A DNA stretch of 64,000 nucleotides from Thermodesulfobacteriota bacterium (GTDB lineage: Bacteria; Desulfobacterota; BSN033; UBA1163). The notes below the pieces were generated by a model. That model made no database searches. It was given only the letters and a program-made list of their open reading frames with translations, and was not told where the DNA came from. Of the stretch, positions 45,760 to 55,902 are shown piece after piece (positions within the stretch are counted from its first letter, which is position 1; each line of letters begins with the position of its first letter). The stretch covers positions 16,270 through 80,269 of the forward strand of contig JAOAHX010000008.1 in the NCBI GenBank assembly GCA_026415035.1. Direction: 5' to 3'. Made by a program: the position numbers and the translations under genes.

Positions 45760-47088
45760 ATGGGCACAAAACACTCCCCTCACATCCTCCTCCTCAATCC
45801 CTGGATCACCGATTTTGCCGCCTATAATTTCTGGATCAGGCCTTTCGGGCTCCTCTATATCGCAAGCCTCCTCAAGGAGTATGGGTTTAGAGTCACCCTG
45901 GTGGATTGTCTCGAGTACGATCGTCGGGTCAAGAGGTATGGGGATGGGAAATTTTTCAGGTCGAAAATTGCAAAGCCCGATCCACTTCGTTCCATCCCGA
46001 GGCACTATTGCCGGTATGGAATTCCTGAAGAAATGTTGTTGAAAAGACTCTCATCCCTTGAAGGAAGGCCAGACCTTATCGGGATCACTTCTGGGATGAC
46101 CTACTGGTATCCAGGGGTATTTAAACTTATCGAAATCCTAAGGGATATATTTCCTGAGGTCCCGGTGGTTCTCGGTGGAATTTATGCAACCCTCTGCCAC
46201 GATCACGCCCAGAAGCATTCTGGCGCAGATGTCGTGTTGACAAAGGGAGACGATGGGGCAGTGGTGGAAGGGATCTCCCAATTGATCGGTTTTCCGACCC
46301 CGCCCCCTAAAACCGAACCCCGAACCGACCTTTATCCCTCCTTCGACCTCTATCCCCGACACGATTATGTCTGCATCGCCACCTCAAAGGGGTGTCCCTT
46401 CCGGTGCGCCTATTGTGCCTCTCCGATCCTTTCCAAGGAATTCGTCAGACGGGACCCTTTCAAGGTCGTGGACGAGATCGAATATTGGGTCTCCCGGTTT
46501 GGGGTGTTTAACGTGGCGTTTTATGACGATGCCCTGCTGGTCGATTCCAGAAATCATTTCATCCCGATGATGAAGGAGATCATCAGAAGGGAGATCCAGG
46601 TCAATTTTCATACGCCCAATGCCCTTCATATCCGGGAGATCGATGAGGAGGTGGCCAGGCTTCTTTTTCAGGGCGGGTTTAAGACGATCCGGCTGGGCCT
46701 CGAGACGTCGAACGAGGAGGCCCAGATCGAAACAGGAGGGAAGGTAAGCAATCAGGACTTCCGAAGGGCCGTTTACCATCTCCAAAAGGCTGGATACTCG
46801 ACCGATGAGATCGGCGTTTACATCATGGCAGGGTTGCCCGGGCAGAGGGTTGAAGAAGTCACCGAAAGCATTGCCTTCGTCAGGGAGGCAGGAGCAAAGC
46901 CCATTCTCGTGGAATACTCACCCATCCCGGGAACGCCCCTCTTCGAGAAGGCGAAGCGGTTCTCTCCCTACGACATCGAGAAAGAACCTCTCTTCCAGAA
47001 CAACACCCTCTTTCCCTGCCAGTGGGAGGGGTTTACGTTGATGGACTTCAGGCGATTGAAGGAGAAGCTCAGGAGCGGAGAGGCCTGA
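45760..47088 (+). CDS. B12-binding-domain radical SAM protein
   Basis: NPWITDFAAY..W..P.GLL, TYWYPG, LGGIYATL, SKGCPFRCAYC, FYDDAL, HTPNAL. Confidence 0.88.
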   Translation: MGTKHSPHILLLNPWITDFAAYNFWIRPFGLLYIASLLKEYGFRVTLVDCLEYDRRVKRYGDGKFFRSKIAKPDPLRSIPRHYCRYGIPEEMLLKRLSSLEGRPDLIGITSGMTYWYPGVFKLIEILRDIFPEVPVVLGGIYATLCHDHAQKHSGADVVLTKGDDGAVVEGISQLIGFPTPPPKTEPRTDLYPSFDLYPRHDYVCIATSKGCPFRCAYCASPILSKEFVRRDPFKVVDEIEYWVSRFGVFNVAFYDDALLVDSRNHFIPMMKEIIRREIQVNFHTPNALHIREIDEEVARLLFQGGFKTIRLGLETSNEEAQIETGGKVSNQDFRRAVYHLQKAGYSTDEIGVYIMAGLPGQRVEEVTESIAFVREAGAKPILVEYSPIPGTPLFEKAKRFSPYDIEKEPLFQNNTLFPCQWEGFTLMDFRRLKEKLRSGEA

Positions 47089-47774
47089 TGAAGCCCCAAG
47101 AGATTGTCCGAGGCATCTATATCGTGGGAGGGCCAGAGATGACCGACGGTCGAGATGGTTGCGTCTATCTCCTTCATCTGGACGAACTGGTCTTGATCGA
47201 TTCGGGCGCTGGCTGGAGCGTGGGGAAGATCATCGAGAACATCGAGAAGTTAGGGTTCGACTCTCGAAACCTTAAAAGGATCCTCCTCACCCACTGCCAT
47301 ATCGATCACATCGGGGGGGCCCCGGAGTTGAGACGACGGTTCGGCTCGAAACTCTACATCCACCGCCTGGACGCCCCTCCCCTCGAAAAGGGAGATCCGA
47401 TTCTTACCGCCGCCACCTGGTATCAGACCTCTTTTCCACCGACGCCCATCGATGTCCAGCTCCGTCTCCCCGAAGAGACCCTCGAGATCGGCGGCGAGAG
47501 GATCGTCTGCCTCCATACGCCGGGCCACACCCCTGGGTCGATCTCCCCCTACATGGATCGGGACGGAAGACGCATCCTCTTCGCACAAGACCTTCATGGC
47601 CCTCTGCTCGAGGAGTTCGGGTCGAGCCTCGCCGAGTGGGATCGTTCAACCCAAAAACTTCTGGAACTGGAGGCCGATATCCTCTGCGAGGGGCATTTCG
47701 GGATCTACAAAACGAAGAAAGAGGTGAGGAACTATATTCTCTCCTACCGGCGGCAGTACGGGGTGGGAGGTTAG
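47088..47774 (+). CDS. Metallo-beta-lactamase fold hydrolase
   Basis: THCHIDH, HTPGHT, CEGH; TGATG-coupled start. Confidence 0.88.
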   Translation: MKPQEIVRGIYIVGGPEMTDGRDGCVYLLHLDELVLIDSGAGWSVGKIIENIEKLGFDSRNLKRILLTHCHIDHIGGAPELRRRFGSKLYIHRLDAPPLEKGDPILTAATWYQTSFPPTPIDVQLRLPEETLEIGGERIVCLHTPGHTPGSISPYMDRDGRRILFAQDLHGPLLEEFGSSLAEWDRSTQKLLELEADILCEGHFGIYKTKKEVRNYILSYRRQYGVGG

Positions 47775-47784
47775 GGGGCTTGCG

Positions 47785-48636
47785 GTGGGATTTTACGACG
47801 CCCATGTCCATTTTTTCTTTGACGGTCCTCTGGAGGACCTAAAAGGGAAGATCAGCCTCCTTAAAGAGGCCGGTTTTGCGGGAATCAACGTCCTGGTGAT
47901 CAGTGAATTTCCTCCGGAAAAGGAGACCTATCTAAAGATGATCCCGGGCGCCTACCATGGTCACGCTACCCCTGACGCTTTCCGACATCAGAAAGACCCC
48001 TTCGAGGCCCTCGGGGTCTTATCCTCTCAAATCGCCATCGTCCCATTCCTGGATGCGCGCTTTATCGGGAAGGATATCGCAGAGACGGTGAAAAGATATT
48101 GGGAAAAAGGGTTTAAGGGCCTCAAACTCCTCTATGTTCCCGAGGAGGATTCGACGTTTCAAATCGGGGGCATGGAGAAGACCTTCGGCCGAACGCTCAA
48201 GGAGTCGGAGGAGATCACCTCCCAGCTCATCGACCAGGCCGATTCTCTGGGATGGCCCGTTCTGATGCATGTCGATTTGCGGCGATACGGAGAATTCGCC
48301 GAATCGATGCTCCGGAGCTATCCCAGGACCCCCTTCAACATCCCCCATTTCGGTTTTTCGCGCAAGGCCATCTCCTCGCTTCTAAAGAGATACCCCAACT
48401 GCTTCACCGATACCTCCTCCTTATTCCCCTATATGGAGCAGGAGCCCGCCGCATACCGGGATTTTATCAAATCCTATCAGGACCGGATCCTCTTCGGAAG
48501 CGATGCCGTCATCGGCGAACCCGAAAAGATGGTCTCTGTCTTGAATTTTATGAAGGGTTTTCTCGAGGACGAGCAGCTCCTCCTTAAAATCGCCCACCGA
48601 AATTACCTCCAATATATGGCCTATAGGGCCGGTTGA
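47785..48636 (+). CDS. Amidohydrolase family protein
   Basis: DAHVH, GLKL, PVLMH, PHFG, ILFGSD. Confidence 0.8.
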   Translation: MGFYDAHVHFFFDGPLEDLKGKISLLKEAGFAGINVLVISEFPPEKETYLKMIPGAYHGHATPDAFRHQKDPFEALGVLSSQIAIVPFLDARFIGKDIAETVKRYWEKGFKGLKLLYVPEEDSTFQIGGMEKTFGRTLKESEEITSQLIDQADSLGWPVLMHVDLRRYGEFAESMLRSYPRTPFNIPHFGFSRKAISSLLKRYPNCFTDTSSLFPYMEQEPAAYRDFIKSYQDRILFGSDAVIGEPEKMVSVLNFMKGFLEDEQLLLKIAHRNYLQYMAYRAG

Positions 48637-48784
48637 ATCGATTGACATCGAAGGGATGATTTTGATAAAGTGAGGGCGTTTCCCCCGGAGGGGAGGATTT
48701 TGAGCACGGGCAAGAAAGGGGGTGAAGGAGAAGGTTTGAAGAGGGACCCATAAAAGGAGGTCGAGAACGCAAGGAGGAACGAAG

Positions 48785-50443
48785 ATGACGGAGAAGATCA
48801 GGAGACACAGCACCTCAGGAGTTGTCGTTTTAACGATTTTGGGCCTTATCATTTATATGTTGTTTGTTCCGATCGAGAGGTCGACCGGGCAGACCAAGCC
48901 GGCGGAGGTGAAGGCAAAGCCCGCCGAGGCCAAACCCGCCGAGAAATCGAAGCCAGCGGTGGCGGCCAAACCCAAACCCAAGGTCCCCCAGCGGCTGATC
49001 ATCGCCCAGGGGACGGATGCCCTCACCATGGACAATCACCACATGATCGATTCTCCCACGATCACCATCGGAGAGCACATGGTGGAGACCCTCCTCGAGC
49101 TGACCACGAAGGGCGAGATCGTGCCCCGGCTTGCGGAAAAGGTCGAGGTCTCCCCGGATGCCACCGAATATACCCTGAAACTGAGAAAGGGCGTCAAATT
49201 CCATGACGGTGTGCCTTTCAATGCGGAGGCCGTAAAAATCAATTTCGACCGGAGGCTCGATCCGAAGGCCGCCACCAAATTCGGCTTTCTCGTCGCGCCG
49301 ATCTCGTCGGTCACAGTGGTGGATGAATATACGGTGAAGATCAAGACCAAAGCCCCCTTCGCGCCGATGTTGAGCAACCTGACCCACGGCACCAACGGCA
49401 TCATCAGCCCGGCCGCGCTGAAGGCCTCGTGGGATAAACCCATCACCAAACCCGTTGGGACGGGTCCTTTCATGTTCAAAGAATGGATTCCCGGGTCGAA
49501 GCTGGTGATGGTCCGAAACGAGAATTACTGGGGAAAGAAGCCCCACCTCGAGGAGGTCGTCTTCCAGGTCATTCCCGACGATGCTGCCAGGGTCGTCGCC
49601 CTCGAGACCGGAGAGGTCCATGTGGCGGTCCGGATCCCGCCTTTCGACATCCCACGCTTGAGGGCCAATCCGAAATTGACGGTGGTCAGCGCGCCCAGCG
49701 TCCGGACCATCTACCTCGGCTTCAATCATCTCAAGGAACCCTTTCACGATAAGAGGGTGAGGCAGGCGCTCAATTATGCGGTGAACAAAGAGGCGATCGT
49801 AAAGCATGTCCTGGGCGGCGTGGGAAGGGTTTCCGATGCGCCGCTAAGTCCGGGGATCTTTGGGTACACCCCGATCAAAACGTACGAGTATAACGTTGAA
49901 AAGGCAAAGGCCCTCCTTGCCGAAGCAGGATATCCCAAGGGGTTTGAAACGACGCTCCACCCGGCGGTCGGGCGGTATTATATGGATGTCTCGGTGGCCA
50001 CGGCCGTGGCCGCTGACCTCCTCAAGGTCGGGGTCAGGGCAGAGATCAAGATGATGGAGTGGGGCACCTACCTCCCCACGATCCTCCGAGAGAAGGAGGT
50101 GGCCGATCATAAGATCTATATGCTGGGATGGGGCTGCGTGACCGGAGATGCCGACTACGGGCTCTATACCCTTTTCCACTCCGGAGAATGGCCCAAAAAA
50201 GGGATGAATGCCTCTTTTTACAAGAACGAGAAGCTCGATCCGATCCTTGACGCCGCCCGAAGCACGGCCAACCCCGAGGAGCGGAAGCGGCTCTACAAAG
50301 AGGCCCTCACCCTCATCCACGAGGACGCCCCCTGGCTCTTCCTTCACAGCGAGGTCCAGATGGTGGGCGTGAGGGCGAACGTGAAAGATTTGATCGTCCA
50401 TCAGACCGAACGGGTGATGGCCCATTCGGCGAGGATAGAATAG
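48785..50443 (+). CDS. Peptide/glutathione-type ABC substrate-binding protein (SBP family 5)
   Basis: LRKGVKFHDG.PFNAEAV, PVGTGPF, RVRQALNYAVN; Pro/Ala/Lys-rich N-terminal linker. Confidence 0.92.
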   Translation: MTEKIRRHSTSGVVVLTILGLIIYMLFVPIERSTGQTKPAEVKAKPAEAKPAEKSKPAVAAKPKPKVPQRLIIAQGTDALTMDNHHMIDSPTITIGEHMVETLLELTTKGEIVPRLAEKVEVSPDATEYTLKLRKGVKFHDGVPFNAEAVKINFDRRLDPKAATKFGFLVAPISSVTVVDEYTVKIKTKAPFAPMLSNLTHGTNGIISPAALKASWDKPITKPVGTGPFMFKEWIPGSKLVMVRNENYWGKKPHLEEVVFQVIPDDAARVVALETGEVHVAVRIPPFDIPRLRANPKLTVVSAPSVRTIYLGFNHLKEPFHDKRVRQALNYAVNKEAIVKHVLGGVGRVSDAPLSPGIFGYTPIKTYEYNVEKAKALLAEAGYPKGFETTLHPAVGRYYMDVSVATAVAADLLKVGVRAEIKMMEWGTYLPTILREKEVADHKIYMLGWGCVTGDADYGLYTLFHSGEWPKKGMNASFYKNEKLDPILDAARSTANPEERKRLYKEALTLIHEDAPWLFLHSEVQMVGVRANVKDLIVHQTERVMAHSARIE

Positions 50444-50468
50444 CCCACTCAGGAAAGTCAAAAGCGGG

Positions 50469-50522
50469 AAGGGGCTGACTTTTCCATGAAAATTTGTTAT
50501 GAGAAGCGTCAGCCCCTTTTTT
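50469..50522 (+). terminator. Intercistronic hairpin/terminator after the SBP gene
   Basis: AAGGGGCTGAC ... GTCAGCCCCTT inverted repeat followed by a T run. Confidence 0.6.
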
Positions 50523-50551
50523 ATCCCTCCCGAGGATGACGAACGAGACCG

Positions 50552-51475
50552 ATGAGCGGCCAGTATATCGTCCGAAGACTCCTCATCATGTTACCGGTCC
50601 TCTTTGGAATCTCCGTGATCATCTTCACCATCGTCAGGGTGATCCCGGGGGATCCGGGCTACCTTATGGCTGGTCCTCATGCCACCAAGGAGCAGGTCGA
50701 ACAGATCCGGGCCCAGCTCGGATTGGACCAACACCCGGTGAAGCAATACCTCCTCTTCATTGGAAACATCCTCCAGGGAGACCTTGGGACCTCAAACCGG
50801 ACGGGACTGCCCGTCCTTAAGGAGATTGCCGCTCGCCTACCGAACACCCTCTCCCTGGCCTTTGCCAGTATTCTGGTGGCCACGGTCTTCGGCGTGCTCA
50901 CCGGCATCATCGCCGGCGTGAAGCAGAATTCGAAATTCGATTACCTGAGCATGCTCTTCGCCCTCTTCGGCCTCTCCATGCCCGTCTTCTGGCTCGGTCT
51001 GATGCTCATGCTTCTCTTCTCGATCAAACTGGGATGGTTTCCGGCGGTCGGCGCCGAGAGTTTCAAGCATCTGGTGCTTCCGGCCATCACCTTGGGAGCC
51101 AATTCCACCGCAATCATCGCCAGGATGACCCGATCGAGCATGTTAGAGGTCATCCGGCTCGATTATATTCGGACGGCAAGGGCGAAGGGGTTGACCGAGA
51201 GGAGGGTCATCCTAAGGCATGCCCTGAAGAACGCCCTGATCCCTGTGGTGACGGTGATCGGACTCCAAACCGGGACGCTCCTCGGAGGCGCGGTCCTCAC
51301 CGAGATCGTCTTCGCGTGGCCGGGGATCGGAAGGCTTCTGGTGGAGGCGATCCTCTCCCGGGATTACCCGGTCGTTCAAGGAGTCGTGTTGGTGGTGGCC
51401 ACGATGTTCATCTTTATCAACCTGATCGTCGACATCCTCTACTCCTACCTCGATCCGAGGATCCGATATCATTGA
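50552..51475 (+). CDS. DppB/OppB-like permease
   Basis: PGDP, GDLGTS, YIRTARAKG (EAA loop), FAWPGIG, LDPRI. Confidence 0.92.
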   Translation: MSGQYIVRRLLIMLPVLFGISVIIFTIVRVIPGDPGYLMAGPHATKEQVEQIRAQLGLDQHPVKQYLLFIGNILQGDLGTSNRTGLPVLKEIAARLPNTLSLAFASILVATVFGVLTGIIAGVKQNSKFDYLSMLFALFGLSMPVFWLGLMLMLLFSIKLGWFPAVGAESFKHLVLPAITLGANSTAIIARMTRSSMLEVIRLDYIRTARAKGLTERRVILRHALKNALIPVVTVIGLQTGTLLGGAVLTEIVFAWPGIGRLLVEAILSRDYPVVQGVVLVVATMFIFINLIVDILYSYLDPRIRYH

Positions 51476-51502
51476 GGGTCGTTTTAGCCAACAGGATCGG
51501 CA

Positions 51503-52387
51503 ATGAAAGAGAACGGTCCACCGATGGAAGCGTTAGAGAGAGAGGAGAGGGGTCGCCTCCGGGAGGTGTTCCGACGCCTCTCGAAGAGCCTAACCGCGAT
51601 GATGGGATTGACGATCGTGGCGGTCTTCCTCCTTTCGGCGCTCTTCGCCCCATGGATTGCTCCGAATGATCCTCTCGAGCATAGCCTCGTCCATAAGCTG
51701 GAAAAACCCTCATGGGCCTACCCTCTCGGAAGGGACGAATTGGGCCGCTGCATCCTCAGCCGGATCATCTATGGAGCCCGAATCTCGCTCCTGATCGGAC
51801 TGATCGTCATTTCGATCGGGATCCTCCTCGGCGTGCCCATCGGGGTGGTCTCGGGCTATTTCGGGGGAAAGGTCGATTTCCTCATCCAGCGTTTCGTCGA
51901 CACGATGCTCGCCTTCCCCGGAATTCTCCTCGCCCTGTTGCTGATCGCCATGCTCGGCGTGGGCCTCCACAATGTCATGATCGCCGTGGGGATCTCCACG
52001 ATTCCCATCTATGCCCGCCTGGCAAGGAGCTCGGTGCTCTCCCTCAAATCGAGACAGTTCGTGGAGGCGGCCCGTTCCATCGGGTCGAGCCATCTGAGGA
52101 TCATCCTCCAGCATCTCGTCCCGAACAGTCTCTCGCCGATCATCGTCCAATCGACGCTCCATATGGCCACGGCCATCTTATGGGCTGCAGGGCTGGGGTT
52201 TTTGGGGCTCGGGGTGAGCCCACCGACTCCGGAGTGGGGGGCCATGCTCAACGGGGGGAGGCTTTATATTCGGGTGGCCTCCCATGTGGCCACCTTTCCA
52301 GGGCTGATGATCTTCATTACGGTCCTCGGTTTTAATCTGTTGGGAGATGGACTGCGGGATGCCCTCGACCCGAGGTTAAAGACCTAA
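51503..52387 (+). CDS. DppC/OppC-like permease
   Basis: LGRDELGR, FVEAARSIG, LGFLGLG..PP.PEWG, GDGLRDALDP. Confidence 0.92.
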   Translation: MKENGPPMEALEREERGRLREVFRRLSKSLTAMMGLTIVAVFLLSALFAPWIAPNDPLEHSLVHKLEKPSWAYPLGRDELGRCILSRIIYGARISLLIGLIVISIGILLGVPIGVVSGYFGGKVDFLIQRFVDTMLAFPGILLALLLIAMLGVGLHNVMIAVGISTIPIYARLARSSVLSLKSRQFVEAARSIGSSHLRIILQHLVPNSLSPIIVQSTLHMATAILWAAGLGFLGLGVSPPTPEWGAMLNGGRLYIRVASHVATFPGLMIFITVLGFNLLGDGLRDALDPRLKT

Positions 52388-52431
52388 AAACCCCTTCGGA
52401 GGGGAGGCCGAAGGTCCGGGGAAAGTGATCA

Positions 52432-53415
52432 TTGAGAGAGATGGGCCTGCTTCAGGTCAAGGATTTAAAAACCTATTTCTATACGGACGCCGGGGTGGTC
52501 AAGGCTGTCGACGGAGTCTCCTATGAGCTGGAGGAAGGGGAGACCCTGGGGCTGGTGGGTGAAAGCGGCTGCGGAAAGAGCGTCAGCGCCCTCTCCATCC
52601 TCCGCCTCATCGCCTATCCTCCGGGGAGAATCATCGGCGGAGAGATTCTCTTCGAAGGCAGAGACCTCCTCAAAATTCGGGAGGACGAGATCCGCCAGAT
52701 CCGGGGCAATCAGATCGCCATGGTCTTTCAGGAGCCGATGACCTCCCTCAATCCCGTTCTCACCATCGGGCTTCAGATCGGAGAGGCCCTTGAACTTCAC
52801 CGAAAGATGAAGAAGAGGGAGGCCAGGGAGGAGAGCCTCCGGCTCCTGAGAATGGTCGGGATTCCCGATCCTGAAAGACGGATCGACGACTACCCCCACC
52901 AGCTGAGCGGGGGGATGCGCCAGAGGGTCATGATCGCCATCGCCTTGAGCTGCAATCCTAAGCTCCTCATCGCCGACGAGCCGACGACCGCGGTCGACGT
53001 GACGATCCAGGCCCAACTTCTGGAGGTGATCAAAGAGCTCACCTCCCGCCTTGGGACAGCGGTCATCCTGATCACCCACAACCTCGGGGTAGTGGCCCGC
53101 TATGTGAATCGAATGGCGGTGATGTACGCGGGAAGGATCGTGGAACAGGGGCGAGCGAGAGACGTCTATGCTCATCCCCGACATCCTTACACCCTCGGCC
53201 TGCTTGCCTCGGTGCCGAGGCTCGATCAGCCGAGAAAGAAACGTCTTGTCCCCATCATGGGACAGCCCCCCAATCTCATCTCCCTGCCGCCGGGATGTTC
53301 CTTTGGGCCGCGGTGTTCCTTTCGAGTTGAGAGATGTCTTCGGGAAAGGCCCGAGCTGAGGCCGGTAGGGGATGGCCATTTCGCCGCCTGCTGGGTCGAT
53401 CTCGATCAGGGATGA
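52432..53415 (+). CDS. DppD/OppD-like ATPase
   Basis: GESGCGKS, FQEPM, LSGGMRQR, HPYT, C-terminal GC.F.PRC. Start TTG 52432 or ATG 52441. Confidence 0.92.
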   Translation: MREMGLLQVKDLKTYFYTDAGVVKAVDGVSYELEEGETLGLVGESGCGKSVSALSILRLIAYPPGRIIGGEILFEGRDLLKIREDEIRQIRGNQIAMVFQEPMTSLNPVLTIGLQIGEALELHRKMKKREAREESLRLLRMVGIPDPERRIDDYPHQLSGGMRQRVMIAIALSCNPKLLIADEPTTAVDVTIQAQLLEVIKELTSRLGTAVILITHNLGVVARYVNRMAVMYAGRIVEQGRARDVYAHPRHPYTLGLLASVPRLDQPRKKRLVPIMGQPPNLISLPPGCSFGPRCSFRVERCLRERPELRPVGDGHFAACWVDLDQG

Positions 53416-53430
53416 GGAAGGCGGGTAGAG

Positions 53431-54408
53431 ATGTCTGAAACTTTTCTGATCGAAGTGAAGAACCTCTCGATGCATTTCCCGATCACGAAGGGGATCCTTC
53501 GACAGCGAAAGATTGCCGATATTAAAGCGGTCGACGAGGTCAGTTTCTTCATCCGGAAAGGGGAGACCCTGGGTCTGGTGGGCGAGAGCGGCTGCGGAAA
53601 GACGACCCTCGGCAGATGTCTGCTTCAGTTGATCCGTCCCACTTCTGGCGAAGTCTACTTCGAAGGCGTCAACCTCTGTGCCCTGCCCCCCCAAGACCTC
53701 CGGCCCATTCGGCAGAGGATGCAGATCATCTTTCAGGACCCTTTTGACTCCCTCGACCCGAGGATGCCCGCTGGGGAGATCGTGGCCGAGCCCCTCCGGG
53801 TCCACACCCGGATCCGGGGAAAGGCCCTGAAGGAGAAGATCGGCCAACTGCTGGAGACAGTAGGGCTTGATCCCACCATGGCAGACCGCTACCCCCATCA
53901 GTTCAGCGGTGGCCAGCGCCAGAGGCTCGGCATCGCACGGGCCCTCGCCATCCGGCCCCATTTTATCGTCTGTGACGAACCGATCTCGGCCCTTGACGTT
54001 TCGATTCAGGCCCAGATCATCAACCTCCTTGAGGACCTTCAGGCGGAGTTCAACTTGACCTATCTCTTTATCGCTCACGATCTTTCCGTCGTCCGCCATA
54101 TTAGCCATCGGGTGGCGGTGATGTATCTCGGAAAGATCGTCGAGATCGCAAACCGGGACGCCCTATACCAGTGTGCAAAACACCCTTACACCCAAGCCCT
54201 CCTCTCTGCCGTGCCGATTCCGGACCCCGTCGTTGAATCCCAGCGGGAAAGGATCCTCCTCAAGGGAGAGATACCAAGCCCTATCTCCCTACCTCCCGGG
54301 TGCAACTTCCATCCTCGCTGCCCCATCGCCATCGAACTCTGCAAAAGGGTAGTCCCTGCTCTCAGGGAGGTAGAAGAGGGACACTGGGTCTCCTGCCACC
54401 TTGCCTGA
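53431..54408 (+). CDS. DppF/OppF-like ATPase
   Basis: [34 protein letters not shown]. Confidence 0.92.
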   Translation: MSETFLIEVKNLSMHFPITKGILRQRKIADIKAVDEVSFFIRKGETLGLVGESGCGKTTLGRCLLQLIRPTSGEVYFEGVNLCALPPQDLRPIRQRMQIIFQDPFDSLDPRMPAGEIVAEPLRVHTRIRGKALKEKIGQLLETVGLDPTMADRYPHQFSGGQRQRLGIARALAIRPHFIVCDEPISALDVSIQAQIINLLEDLQAEFNLTYLFIAHDLSVVRHISHRVAVMYLGKIVEIANRDALYQCAKHPYTQALLSAVPIPDPVVESQRERILLKGEIPSPISLPPGCNFHPRCPIAIELCKRVVPALREVEEGHWVSCHLA

Positions 54409-54711
54409 TCTCCCGCGAAAGAGATTATTTTCAATTTCTTGAAACAAATAATCGGTTGAGGCAACCCGTTTTTTGAGGTCAACAGGGGAACCAAATGTAT
54501 AAAAAAATTATTCGTTCATCGGTTTCGTGAAAAAACCCTTTTAAATTCAAAAAAATATTTAAAATTCAAAAAGTTATAATAAAATCGGCCAGGGTTTAAA
54601 AGCTCATTGTGTATATTAAAAAAATTCATCCATGCCGGATGGGAAAGGTCAGAAATGGCGGTCTCATATAAAAAAATTATTAATTTCAATAAGTTATAAA
54701 ATGTGCCCAAA

Positions 54712-54728
54712 TTGGCACGGTTAATGCT
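54712..54728 (+). promoter_or_regulatory. Sigma54 (-24/-12) promoter
   Basis: TTGGCACGGTTAATGCT: GG(54714-15)-N10-GC(54726-27); IHF-like TTCAATAAGTTA just upstream in an AT-rich region. Confidence 0.85.
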
Positions 54729-54767
54729 GATTATGAGGTTGAAGATCAAAGGAAGGAGGTATTAACG

Positions 54768-55052
54768 ATGGAAAGGATAAAAAATGGATTGAAGGTTGGG
54801 ATGATGGTTGGGTTGATGAGCCTTGCCGCCTCTCCTGCTTTTGCGAGGTCTCTTAGCCTTAAAGAAGCGGGGCCTGCCCTTTGGGTCTTTGTAATCATCG
54901 GGGCCATCATCATCCTTCTCCAGCTGATCCCTGCGGCCATTCTCTTCTTCAGCTTTATCGGAACCGTCACCGGCATGGCCTTGAAGAAAGAGAAGAAGGT
55001 CGAAGAGGAAGTGGTGGTGCCTGGGGTCAAGCCCGTTCCCGTGAAAAAGTAA
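54768..55052 (+). CDS. Small membrane protein (QLIPA motif)
   Basis: AGGAGG RBS; signal-like segment ending PAFA; TM region containing QLIPA. Confidence 0.8.
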   Translation: MERIKNGLKVGMMVGLMSLAASPAFARSLSLKEAGPALWVFVIIGAIIILLQLIPAAILFFSFIGTVTGMALKKEKKVEEEVVVPGVKPVPVKK

Positions 55053-55083
55053 CGGGGATGTGAAAAAGAAAAGGGGTTTCCCA

Positions 55084-55335
55084 ATGAAGAGTATGAAGAA
55101 AATCCTTACCATTTTGAGCCTTACCCTCGTTTTATCGATTGCGATGGGTTCTCTCGGAGTGGCCTATGCGGGAGGGGTCAGGGGGATCGGACTTCTGGGA
55201 GTCTGGTTCTTTCTGACCTTTGGGATCATCGTGGTCTTGGCTCAGCTCATCCCTGCAGGTATCCTTCTCAGCTCTTTAATCACCTCAACCATCAGTCCTC
55301 ATCGAAAGGCTGAGGCGCCGGTTGGAGCAGCCTAA
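55084..55335 (+). CDS. Small membrane protein, paralogue of the preceding gene
   Basis: Signal-like segment ending AYA; W.F..G.I..L.QLIPA.IL..S.I shared with 54768-55052. Confidence 0.78.
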   Translation: MKSMKKILTILSLTLVLSIAMGSLGVAYAGGVRGIGLLGVWFFLTFGIIVVLAQLIPAGILLSSLITSTISPHRKAEAPVGAA

Positions 55336-55362
55336 ACGAGGAGGGTGGAACGGAGGGTTGTT

Positions 55363-55791
55363 ATGCGCTCTAAAAGATTACTCATCGCCTATCAGGACGA
55401 TTTATGGGTCCGATCCCTGACGACCTACTTTCATGGAAAGGGATACCGGGTCGAAACGGTTCGGGTCCTGAGCGATATGATCAAGAAGGTCCGAAATGGT
55501 GGATATGAAGTGATTCTTCTGGACGATGAGATGGATGGGTTGAAGGCCTGCGAAGTGGTCCCTCTTGTCAAGAAGATCAACCCGAGGGTTCAGGTCATCA
55601 TGATCTCTTCCGAAGAGTCCTTGAGTTCGGTCAGGCGACTCCGCGGCGCTGGGATCTTTTATCAAGCGATGAAACCCGTGGATCTGGAGGAGATTCGATC
55701 TGCAGTGGAGTGCGCCTTTGAGAAGATCGCACGGGAAAGCGAGAAAGAAGGCTTCTTCTCCTTCCTCGTCCCGAGATTGGCGCCGGCCTAA
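55363..55791 (+). CDS. Single-domain response regulator
   Basis: ILLD acceptor, IMISS, KPVD; no output domain; start ATG 55363 (GGAGG) or GTG 55345. Confidence 0.82.
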   Translation: MRSKRLLIAYQDDLWVRSLTTYFHGKGYRVETVRVLSDMIKKVRNGGYEVILLDDEMDGLKACEVVPLVKKINPRVQVIMISSEESLSSVRRLRGAGIFYQAMKPVDLEEIRSAVECAFEKIARESEKEGFFSFLVPRLAPA

Positions 55792-55849
55792 ACAAGGGGA
55801 GATGAGATGAAGCCTTAGCCCCTATTTTTTGACTCAAAGGGGGGTGAAG

Positions 55850-55879
55850 ATAGCCGCAAGCCCAAGCGGCTATTTTTTT
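55850..55879 (+). terminator. Intrinsic terminator
   Basis: ATAGCCGC-loop-GCGGCTAT followed by a T run. Confidence 0.75.
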
Positions 55880-55902
55880 ATCTTCTCCCATCGCCTCCCT
55901 TT

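Noticed and set aside
48890..48985. Short repeats in the SBP gene
   Set aside because: Encode a low-complexity KPAE linker; not a DNA repeat element or CRISPR array.
52465..54108. 547-aa minus-strand ORF
   Set aside because: Antisense shadow of the two ABC ATPases, a common artefact.
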